From the NCBI GenBank assembly GCA_001661245.1, contig KV454015.1, forward strand, positions 1,104,924-1,152,060: a DNA stretch of 47,137 bases. Direction: 5' to 3'. This DNA is from Pachysolen tannophilus NRRL Y-2460 (lineage: Eukaryota). The notes below the pieces were generated by a model. It had not been told where the DNA came from. It made no database searches and was given only the letters and a program-made list of their open reading frames with translations. The stretch's first letter is position 1. The number at the start of each line of letters is the position of its first letter. The position numbers were made by a program, and so were the translations under genes. Below are positions 31,828 to 41,793 of this stretch, one piece after another.

Positions 31828-32069
31828 TTCTAAACATTTTTTTTTTTTTTTTTTTTTACTTTCTTTACCAAATAATTTTTTTTAAAATTACTTAACAACT
31901 TACTTATTATCTCTACATCTCTTTCTCTTTGGGTATTATTGTCTACATTAAACTAGATAAATAGTTAAATTTGAATAAAAAAGTCTTATGTTCTCTTTTT
32001 TTTTTATTTTTTTTCTTCTTCACATACACACATATATGAATTTATTTATTTATTTTTTTATGCGAATAA

Positions 32070-33542
32070 TTAATCTGCCTTATCACCCATCACTTGTTTC
32101 ACAGGTTCTTTATCATATAAATACAAACCATGTTCTTGGATATACCGTATCACAGAATTTGGTAACAAATATTGAACACTCATTCCTCTTCTTATAAAGA
32201 GTCTAACTTTTGTAGAAGAAATATCATTATAAATTAATTGTGTTATAACTAAGATATTTTTCCTATGTTCATACATGATGTCATGTGACAAGAGGAAACT
32301 TCTAACATCTGAACCAGTACGTTCAACTATTAAACAACCATACCTACCTAATATATGATGTAAATCTTGATCTGCCCATACGTTTGGTTCTCCCATTGAT
32401 TCAATCAAATCTCCACCTGCTAATAACATAATCTTTACACCTCTATAATTACCATCAACATCTTTAATACCACCTCTCTTGATATTTATTTCTTCATTAA
32501 AATGATCAAGGACTAAAGCAGTTCTAGTATATCTAGGTTGTAAAGATTCCCATGCATCAACCATAAGCCAACTTGAAGTTCTTTCACAAGCTAATTCACA
32601 CATTCTAACTCTATGATGAGAAGGGGCTAGCCCTTGTTTTCTATAATTATCACTTACAGGAGAATAATAACCACCAATTACTTCAAATCTAGTACTTTCT
32701 CTTATAGAATCAAGAGCCATTTCAAACATTCGAAGATGCAAATAAGTGATTGGAGAAAATGAACCACACGCCACTATAACCAATGGATATTTCGAAGAGT
32801 CTTGAAGTGTTGTAGCTAATCTATGAGTTGGAAATTTATAAGATTCCAATTTTCTTGATTGACGAATAATACCATGAGGTAATTCTTCTAAATCTGCAAT
32901 TTGAAAAGAATGGACTCTAGGTACTGTTGTATGATTTATGAATAATGCTTCTGATTCTGTGCTTTCACTTTTCTTCATCTTTTCACTATTACTCACATTA
33001 CTATTCTCCTTCTCACCATCATCATTATCAACAACTGCCACCTCAGTATTAAGTTGATTTCCATTACCATTTCCATTGGCATTGCCATTACCATTACTGA
33101 GTTTGTTATCCTGCAACAGTTCAGATACTTTTCCTTCTATAAATTTCTCTTGATTCTTAATATTATTATTATTGCTTTGCAAATTATTATTATTATCTTC
33201 GGAATCACTCGAAGACGACAGCGGTTGCAATTGAGTAGCAGCCCTTGGTATCTTATGATGTTTTATCTTTTCACCACCATTAATATTAGGTAAACCTATT
33301 GGAGATGAAGAATTTCTGCTTCTATTATTATTAATATTATTAGTAGTGGTTGAAGTATTATTATTGTTGTTGTTCTGCATTGTTGCTGGATGAGGCGATG
33401 GCGCATCGATTGAAAAACAAGAATCAGCCAATACGTATGGTTGCACAGTAGGATTATTCGGTATCACCGAAGATGAAGCAGTCGGTGTGATATTTGGATT
33501 TGATAAAGGCGGTATGAAATTTGGGTCTTGGGTTGGATCCAT
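32070..33542 (-). CDS. NMA1: Nicotinamide/nicotinate mononucleotide adenylyltransferase (Nma1/Nma2)
   Basis: MDPTQDPNF start, ACGSFSPITYLHLRMFE, WLMVDAWESLQ, LLAGGDLIESM, NDISSTKVRLF. Confidence 0.95.
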   Translation of the reverse strand: MDPTQDPNFIPPLSNPNITPTASSSVIPNNPTVQPYVLADSCFSIDAPSPHPATMQNNNNNNTSTTTNNINNNRSRNSSSPIGLPNINGGEKIKHHKIPRAATQLQPLSSSSDSEDNNNNLQSNNNNIKNQEKFIEGKVSELLQDNKLSNGNGNANGNGNGNQLNTEVAVVDNDDGEKENSNVSNSEKMKKSESTESEALFINHTTVPRVHSFQIADLEELPHGIIRQSRKLESYKFPTHRLATTLQDSSKYPLVIVACGSFSPITYLHLRMFEMALDSIRESTRFEVIGGYYSPVSDNYRKQGLAPSHHRVRMCELACERTSSWLMVDAWESLQPRYTRTALVLDHFNEEINIKRGGIKDVDGNYRGVKIMLLAGGDLIESMGEPNVWADQDLHHILGRYGCLIVERTGSDVRSFLLSHDIMYEHRKNILVITQLIYNDISSTKVRLFIRRGMSVQYLLPNSVIRYIQEHGLYLYDKEPVKQVMGDKAD

Positions 33543-34288
33543 TTATTAAATAAAATAAAGCTGCGCACACAAGCAATTTTAAAAAAAAAAAAAATTTTCT
33601 ATCAAAAAAAGAGAGAAAAAAAGAAAAAAGAAAAATGAATTCACACAATTCTCTCAACACAAAAGAAAAGAATGAATTAATTTAAAATTTTAAAAAAAAT
33701 CAACAACTTTTTATTTATTTTTATTAATTAATAAATTATAATTGAATTTTCTTAGTAGATTCTTTTTGATATATCAATTGAATTTACAATTTAGCCAGTT
33801 TATCACTATTAATTATTGGTACAAAAAATTTTCTTTTTTTCTTTGGTTTTGGTTTGTTTTTGTTTGTAAATCGGAGATACTGGATAAACTGGGTAAAAAG
33901 GAAGATCAACTGACGCTTTTCCGTTAAAGGTACAAACGGTACTTTTTTTTTTTCAAACTGATTTTACATATATTATTAACATATAAATAAAGTAGTACAC
34001 CTCCTCGTTTCCCCTCTTTAAAATAAGCCTTTTTTTAAAAAAATAAAATGAAGGTTGAGGCTGAGGATTTTTTAATTAATCTCTAATTTCAATACATAAA
34101 ATTAAATAATAGTTGTTTAAATATGACTAGGTTTAAAAAAAAAAAAAAATTAATTTTTTTTTTAAAACCAATTGGAATGATTGATCAATTCCTCTTTAAT
34201 TTTTTAATTTTTTTAATTTTTACTGAGAGTGAAGGTCCAACCTAACCTAACCCATTTATAAAATTTTCATACTATTAATTATTACTAT

Positions 34289-36660
34289 TTAATGTTCTAA
34301 ATATCTGTAAAGAAAATTGGCAGCAAGGCTTATTGCTAAACAAGCGCATATTATTCTTGGACCAATTTGGTCGTCGTACCTGACAGCCCTTTTTTTCCGT
34401 ATATTAAAGACTCTCCATAAGTACATGCACATGGCGTAAAAAATGGTGGTAAAAGCGGTAATGAAAAAACCTATGCTTCCCAATAATGAGACTGTGTTAC
34501 CGTAATTTAATAATGTTGAAGCAGTAGCACCTAATAACATACCGATTGTAGTCCAATTTAAATAGGTACGTTCTGTGGCAAAGTAAACTTTTGGTTCAAC
34601 TCTTACTGGAACTGCAATTTTTTTACCTGGTGGAGCGGTAATTTTTGTATCAAAAGATGTACCTTGAGGAACCTTGTTAAAACGATGGTCTGGTTTAATG
34701 ATTTCTTGGATATATTTTTCTATTTTTTGTAATAGTGAAAGATTGTTGTCTTCACCAAGACCGCTGAAACCATTAAGACCTCCAACACCATTGCCCTGTT
34801 TAGACAGTCTTCTACTTGAAAGTAACGGTGTATTTTCGGAATCGTAGCTATCGCCACGTCTTGTACCTGGTGAAAATTGAACTACTGGCAGTCTACTACC
34901 GCCACCAGTACCAGTACCACTAGCAATACCACTGTTATTGCCAGAGCCGCTTCCACTTCCGGAAGCGGACCCGGTACCGGAAGCATTGCTACCTGGACCA
35001 CTACCACTACCGCCGTGCAAACTTTCCTCTCCAGTATCATTTGTAGAAGAATAACTTCCAGTTCCTGTAGTTGCACTTCCAATAAATTCTTCTTCATCCA
35101 TTTCACCATAACTACTACTACCTGCAGTTAATGAATGATTATTTTGTCTAATAATACCAAATTCTTCATTTTTTTTCGGTTTCCTAATATCTACATCCAT
35201 TTGTGGTAACCAAAATGGAATAAGATTAATTTGATTTGGTAATAAAGAAGCACAACCATGAATAAATTTAGAAAATTTTGGAACAGCTTCAACAAGATGA
35301 GAACTAACCAATTCTCTAACCCAAGTTGGAGGTTCTTGACCCATTTGAGTTTGAAGTTTAACTTCCAATACTGCATATGGAAATCTACAAACATCCTTTT
35401 CAGGTAAATTTTCAAATGGATAATCAATACCAATATCCATTCTACGCCAATTACCTCTAGTACGATCAATACCATCAAAATTATCTTCTCTAACCATGGT
35501 TAATTCAGTATCTAAAGAAATTCTAACTCTTGCATCACCTGGAAGTTGGAAAGCTGTTCTATTATAAAAAGAACGCATAACAGGTCTCATTTTATCTTTA
35601 ATGACTCTATATTGAACTTCATTAGCTAATCTTTCTAAACTTTCAATTTCTTGTGGAGATTTTTTTTTTCCTTTCTCATTTTATCAAAAGCCATTGGTAC
35701 AGTAAATTTACCTTTCATAAAATCGTTTACATTTTTTTCTTTTAAAGTAAATCTTGCTTTTACAGATTTTTCACCAGTCCAATCTTCTCTATGAGTTTTC
35801 CTTTCAACAAAAATTGTATCAGTAGACATACCACCATACCATCTTAATCTTATAGCTTCTGCACCTTCATCTTTTAATAATCTACCATAATATAAATCCA
35901 TATTTTTATTATCATAATAAATTGAAGTAATAGCACTATCTTCTTTTTCAAATTCTTTTGATGCATTGAAAACTAAAACAGGTAAATGTTTTAAAATAAT
36001 TAATTTCAATTCAGTAATATTATCTGGATGAACCCAATATTTTGTAGTTTGTCTAACAAAATTTTGTTGAGATCCACCAGCTGATGAATCACCTTTTACA
36101 GGATTACCACGAGTTCTAACTAAATCATAAAGTTTAGAAAGTTTAACAATTAAATCATCATAATTATCTTTATAAAAAGCTCTTGCATCCAATCTAGCTT
36201 GAAAAATTGGTTTTAAAATATATTCATTATTAGTTTGTTTATCATGTTTTTTCAAAATTTTTTGAAATCCAATATAATTTAATCTAGAAAATTTTGCTAA
36301 ATCATGAACATCAGCAATAATATCACTTAATTCTTCTTCTAAATCTTCAAAATCTTGTTCAAAAAGTTCCAATTCTTGTTCATTTGAACAACTTTTAGAA
36401 TTTTCAACAGTTTGATAAACTAGCAGTTCAATATTTTTAATTCTTCTTAAAATTTCTTCATGTTTCATATGAACAAAATTGAAAACTTTATTCAATTCTT
36501 TCTCTAAAATAGAAACAAAATCTTCTTCTAATTCATTTGTCCATTGATTATTACTAACTGATAAACCTTTTTTTAATCGATGTTTTAAATCATCATACTG
36601 AATATAATAATAATTATAATCTGGTATTAAAGATGATTTTAAAGTTTCTCCAAACTTCAT
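34289..36660 (-). CDS. VTC4: Vacuolar polyphosphate polymerase Vtc4 (SPX-VTC-TM), split by a 1-nt frameshift at A10 (35660-35669)
   Basis: MKFG SPX start, [20 protein letters not shown], then in a shifted frame [17 protein letters not shown]...[39 protein letters not shown]. Confidence 0.93.
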
Positions 36661-36909
36661 TCTTTAATCAATAATAAATCTAATTCAAGTTCTTTTCTTC
36701 TCTCTTTGGTTTAATACCACCAACCTTTTCTTATTTTACACTATAACAATAATAGAGGTATTAAAGATTTAAACCCTTTTTTTTTTTGTTTTTCAAGGCC
36801 AAAAACTTTATTGTCCGTTAGATTCTTTAGTACTCTCTCTTCATTTCACTGGATCAAAGAAAAAAACAGCAGAAAAGAGAAAAATTAAAAGAAAAAAAAA
36901 AATAGCTGT

Positions 36910-36918
36910 GCACGTGGG
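36910..36918. promoter_or_regulatory. Pho4-type E-box GCACGTGGG
   Basis: About 250 nt upstream of the VTC4 ATG. VTC genes are PHO-regulon targets in S. cerevisiae. Confidence 0.65.
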
Positions 36919-37280
36919 AGACAAATTATAATGAGAAAAAAAATATAAAAAAAAAAATATTTTTAAATGATTAAATAGATAAGCGAAAGGGGCGGCAGGA
37001 ACACCAGGGGCGGTGGTCAAATTCCAAGAAATTCAAAAAAAAAAAAAAAAAAATTAAGAAAAATAGAGTACACAGTAGTAGTGCTAAACAACACTAAAAC
37101 TCTGTAAACGGAAATTTCTTTGATTTTTTATTTTTATACTAAAAAAGAAGAAAAAATAGTTTTATGTTTCCGCTTACCACCGAGAGCCCTATTTAATTTT
37201 TAACTTTTTTTTTCATGGAAGCAAACAAGGGCTCTATTGATTACCGAAAGAGGAAACAAAAAAAAAAAGTGAAAAAAAAA

Positions 37281-37286
37281 ACGCGT
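37281..37286. promoter_or_regulatory. MCB element ACGCGT
   Basis: About 180 nt upstream of the CDC45 ATG. CDC45 is an MBF-regulated G1/S gene in S. cerevisiae. Confidence 0.65.
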
Positions 37287-37467
37287 GTGAGTGAAAGCGT
37301 GTGAGAAGTATACAGTGAGAAGTGAAAGCAAAAGAGTAGATAGCTTCTATATATTGTGATTGAACTTTTTATCAATTTTTAAATTTTTTTCATCTTTTTT
37401 CATTTACATCGATTGATGGATATATATATGAATCTGGACAAAAGTGTTTGAATTTGAATTTCCGGTT

Positions 37468-39669
37468 ATGTATTTAAATCCTTCAGAATTTTCCAAAGCT
37501 TTTGAAGATATCAAATCCACGTCTCTTTCACATTCAACTTGCAAATTAGTAATATTTGCTTCGTGTTTGAATGTTGATGCCATATGTGCTTCAAAAATCC
37601 TCACTCTGGTGTTGAAGAAGAACTTGATTTCGTTTCAGTTGATTCCAGTTGTTGGGTATAGTGATTTGAAATTGAAATTTAGTAATTTGGATATGGATAT
37701 TAGAAATGTGGTAATATTAGGGTGTGGTGCAATGGTTGATTTAGAAACATATTTGGAAATAGATAATGAAAGTACTGATGAAAGAAAGATTTATGTTATT
37801 GATGGACAAAGGCCTTGGAATTTGGATAATATCTTTGGATCGCATACTATAGTTTGTTTTGATGATGGGTTAATAGAAGAGAAATTGGAAAAAGAGAAGG
37901 CAGCATATATGGTTTTGGTTAGCATTGATAGTGAAGCTGAGGAAGAAGATGATGATGAGGAAGAAGAAGAAGAAGAAGAAGAAGAAATTCAAGATGATGA
38001 TGAGAATTCTTCACAAGGGAAACGAAAGATACAATCAACTAATGGATCATCTTCAAAGAAAAGAAAGTTATTTCTAGATGAAAATGAAAAAATAATTGAA
38101 AATTATTATAATATGGGTACTACCACTATAACTTCCATATCATTACAAATTTATACTTTATTATCAACTATTGGTGAAACAAGTTTAGAACCTTTATGGC
38201 TTACAATTGTGGGTACTTCAACATTTATTCAACAGTTCCCCAATATATATGATCGTATTTTCCCAGTCTTGAAAGATGAAGTGATAAGATTAGAACAAAG
38301 TAATATACAAAATCGTCAAAATACAGATTTTTATAATGGTAATAATATGAATAATACAAATAATACAAGAACTCCAGATACAAATAATTTAATAATAGAT
38401 AAAGATTATTCTCTTTTTCTATTAAGACATTGGAATTTATATAATTCATTTTTTTATTCAAATTTAGTAAATTCAAAATTACAATTATATACAGTTGAAG
38501 GAAGGAAAAATTTAAATAAATTATTTGCAAAAATGGGGATATCATTAAGTCTGGCAAATCAAAATTGGAAATATTTAGATATAGATTTGAAAAAAAAATT
38601 AAACTTCATTTTCCAAAAATATTTAAAATTTTATGATTTAGAAAAAATAATTAAAGATGGATTTATTAAAAATTTTGGTTATAAAGGTAGTATTTCAGCA
38701 AATGAATTTGCTGAAGCAGTTACTGCGCTTTTAGAATATAATCATGATATTAAAATTAACAAAAATAATTTAGATCTGGAAGTAACGAAAAATGGTATTG
38801 GAGAACATCATAATGAAAATAAAAGGAAACAGAATGGTACTAATAATGGCAATTATGAAGAAGAAAATGATGATGCAGATTCCGACGCTGATAACGTAGA
38901 AACTGATGATGATGAAGCACAAAAAGTCACTAGATTAACACTGAAACGAGAAGCACAATATATTACAAATTTTTGGAAATCTTTTGATTCATTATCAAAT
39001 TTTGAACTTATCTTGAAAGGTTTAAAAATTGCCAAAATTCAACAAAAATTAATTTTTGATAAAGGTTTTGAAATTTTTGAAAAAAGATCAATTAAAAATT
39101 TAAGAGTTTTCAGATTAGTTGTTTTAAAAGATGATTTGATTTCTATTAACAATAATAATAATAATTATGGCAATGTTAATGGACACGGTAATGTGAAAAC
39201 TGCTAGTGGTTCTGGTGGTAATGATGAAGATGAAGATGAAGATGATTCTAGCTTTATTAAACTATACAGTGCAAATAAGAATTTCTTTCAAAACCCATTA
39301 ATGTTAACAAAATTAGGTAATTGGTTATTAGAATGTTGTTCTGAATTAGATTCTCAGAAAAATAAAGATTTACCATTGATTATAGCAGCTTTAGACCCAG
39401 AAACTGATACTTATTTATTATGTGGTTTATCATCATTAAATAGAAAAAATGATAATGACGGAGATACTAAACGTGAAAATCACGATAAAAACGAAAATAT
39501 TGAAGAAAATAATGATGAAAATTTGAGAATTAATAAATTTTCTCAAAGTTTCCAAAAAATAGTTCAAAGTACAGGTGTAGCTGCAAAGATTGATAGCTTT
39601 GATGGAACAGTTATAACTATTAAAAAAGAAGATTTACAACCTTTTTTAGAAAGATTATGCTTTGTATAA
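37468..39669 (+). CDS. CDC45: DNA replication initiation factor Cdc45
   Basis: SLSHSTCKLVIFASCLNVDAICA, IYVIDGQRPWNLDNIFGS, YSLFLLRHWNLYNSFFYS, NPLMLTKLGNW, DLQPFLERL. Confidence 0.96.
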   Translation: MYLNPSEFSKAFEDIKSTSLSHSTCKLVIFASCLNVDAICASKILTLVLKKNLISFQLIPVVGYSDLKLKFSNLDMDIRNVVILGCGAMVDLETYLEIDNESTDERKIYVIDGQRPWNLDNIFGSHTIVCFDDGLIEEKLEKEKAAYMVLVSIDSEAEEEDDDEEEEEEEEEEIQDDDENSSQGKRKIQSTNGSSSKKRKLFLDENEKIIENYYNMGTTTITSISLQIYTLLSTIGETSLEPLWLTIVGTSTFIQQFPNIYDRIFPVLKDEVIRLEQSNIQNRQNTDFYNGNNMNNTNNTRTPDTNNLIIDKDYSLFLLRHWNLYNSFFYSNLVNSKLQLYTVEGRKNLNKLFAKMGISLSLANQNWKYLDIDLKKKLNFIFQKYLKFYDLEKIIKDGFIKNFGYKGSISANEFAEAVTALLEYNHDIKINKNNLDLEVTKNGIGEHHNENKRKQNGTNNGNYEEENDDADSDADNVETDDDEAQKVTRLTLKREAQYITNFWKSFDSLSNFELILKGLKIAKIQQKLIFDKGFEIFEKRSIKNLRVFRLVVLKDDLISINNNNNNYGNVNGHGNVKTASGSGGNDEDEDEDDSSFIKLYSANKNFFQNPLMLTKLGNWLLECCSELDSQKNKDLPLIIAALDPETDTYLLCGLSSLNRKNDNDGDTKRENHDKNENIEENNDENLRINKFSQSFQKIVQSTGVAAKIDSFDGTVITIKKEDLQPFLERLCFV

Positions 39670-39775
39670 AAATTAAGATAGAAATTATTATTAGCTTGTG
39701 AATAATATAAAGTATCATCTATTCATATTTATTTATTTGTCTTTTTTTCTATATTTTTCTATATAAAACCGAAGA

Positions 39776-41296
39776 TCAAACTTTTTTAAGTCCTTTTAAT
39801 TTTAGACAGCATCTCAGAGCCCTTAATGGAGGAACAGTTATAAACAACTCCGCACCAGTATCTTCACCTGCCTCTTCATCTTCTTTCTCAATTTCCATTA
39901 AAATTTCATCCCTAGCAATTAACCATCCTCTTAATACAAATAACGATAAACATGCTCCAAAATACGAAAATCCAACAAATAATGAAGGATGTAAATATTG
40001 ACTTGGATCAACTTCGCCACTACTTCTTGTTTCTCTTAGTTTTACCCCAATTACTGGAGAAACAATTCCAGCTATACCAACTATGGTCCACAGAGTGCTC
40101 ATACAAGCACCCATTTTTTGTAAACCAGCAATTCTTGTAGTAATAGTGGCCATAACAACCCAAATACTCCCCATTAAACTACCAGCGATCAATGCAAAAA
40201 TCAACGCAGTAGCAAAATTTCTTGCTGGAATCCACATAGCAAATGTGAAGATGGTAACTAATAAGTGAACTATTACATTGACAGTCACTGCACCAAAAAG
40301 ATCACATAATCTACCAACAATAGGCCTAACAACCATTGCCCCTACAGAAACCATAGTGGAAACAATCGAACCTTGATAGGATGTATAACCTAAACTAATA
40401 GTGAAGTCGCTCAAATTGTATAGCAACACTACATACCCTAAAATTGTCCAAATAAGCCATAACAGTAAAACCAAGACTCCAAAATTTCTTAAACATAACT
40501 TATCAATGAATTTAAACTCTGCCTTAATCTCCTTCAGTCTTGTTCTTATTAGAGCTAAAGCTACACCAGAGCAAACGATACAAATTATAGCTTCTGCTCT
40601 TAAAGCCCATTCATAAGACCTAATTTCTATTATATGCTGCATACCTAATCCAAAGCATATACCTCCACAACCAGAGCCGCTAGCGGATATACCAATGGCC
40701 AAACTTCTTCTTCTTCTAAACCACTGAGGCAACACAGCAATATTTGGAATGGCAATAGTAGCCAACCCAATCCCTAACATCACACCTTGGGTCATATATA
40801 ATTCCCATAGCTTTGTAGAATAACTAGCTAACATCAACGCTACAAATTGAAGGACAATACCTATACCTATAGTGATATGTAGGCCCAAGATACCAGTTAT
40901 TAAATTTATAACAGGACCAAAGAGAAGACCACTTCCAAAAGTAAGTCCACCTATAGCACCATAATCAACACTTGTAGCTCCATGAAATACATCGTAATTC
41001 AAATAATGGGCCAAATAAATAGCGTATGCAGAATTTGCTCCCCACGTAGAAAAATTAAATAAAAATATCGCTAAAACAACGAACCACCCATAACCACCAT
41101 CTGGAACATCTATGATATTTGCCAGCTCTCTTCTAATTTCAACAACTGGTTCTCCTTGTGGCATTTCTGCCTCCATCAGTTCTTGATTTTGCATCTTCGA
41201 ACCTTCTGCACCAGTTGTCCCATGATTATCTAGACTCTCTATATCGTCATTAACCGAATTACTAGAACTTGAAACTTTCTCAATTCCTTCACTCAT
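39776..41296 (-). CDS. MFS monocarboxylate-permease homologue (Mch2/Esbp6-like)
   Basis: PDGGYGWFVV, STWGANSAYAIYL, QWFRRRRSLAIGISASGSG, many TM segments. First ATG at 41296. Confidence 0.88.
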   Translation of the reverse strand: MSEGIEKVSSSSNSVNDDIESLDNHGTTGAEGSKMQNQELMEAEMPQGEPVVEIRRELANIIDVPDGGYGWFVVLAIFLFNFSTWGANSAYAIYLAHYLNYDVFHGATSVDYGAIGGLTFGSGLLFGPVINLITGILGLHITIGIGIVLQFVALMLASYSTKLWELYMTQGVMLGIGLATIAIPNIAVLPQWFRRRRSLAIGISASGSGCGGICFGLGMQHIIEIRSYEWALRAEAIICIVCSGVALALIRTRLKEIKAEFKFIDKLCLRNFGVLVLLLWLIWTILGYVVLLYNLSDFTISLGYTSYQGSIVSTMVSVGAMVVRPIVGRLCDLFGAVTVNVIVHLLVTIFTFAMWIPARNFATALIFALIAGSLMGSIWVVMATITTRIAGLQKMGACMSTLWTIVGIAGIVSPVIGVKLRETRSSGEVDPSQYLHPSLFVGFSYFGACLSLFVLRGWLIARDEILMEIEKEDEEAGEDTGAELFITVPPLRALRCCLKLKGLKKV

Positions 41297-41793
41297 GTAT
41301 AATATTGAAAAATCATTCAGTATTTTCAAACAAACAAATTATAAGTCGGATCTCAATATATGTTTATATATTACTTTCGGATAACACTAAGACTTAAAAC
41401 TAAGACTTAACCTAAAGTTATAATGACAAAGAGCAATAGTCATAAATATTAGTAAACCTTAAAAAAAAAAAACCATCGTTTTACGGGTTTAATACTTATT
41501 TTTCACTCATCAAAACATCCCCAATTGGGAAATAGGTTCGCCGGTTTGATTTTGATAGAAATAAATGAAGAAAAGACTTTAAGACAGGTCCTAGAAAAGA
41601 TTGAATACTTTGGTGCTAAGATTTTGGTTACAAATATGAATTATAAGAATTGGTTTCCATATTCTTTAGTAGTTGAAAAAACTTTTTGTAATATTTAGTG
41701 CTCTTTTGTAAAAGAAAAATAGTAATAAAAAAAAGACAAATTTTAATATAAAGTGTTTAAAGATTAATTATGAATGTAAAAATATTTTGATGA

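Noticed and set aside
6155..41329. TTG/GTG start codons used by the ORF track (for example 6155, 10651, 13216, 37444, 41329)
   Set aside because: These are eukaryotic genes with an in-frame ATG shortly downstream, and there is no evidence for near-cognate initiation.
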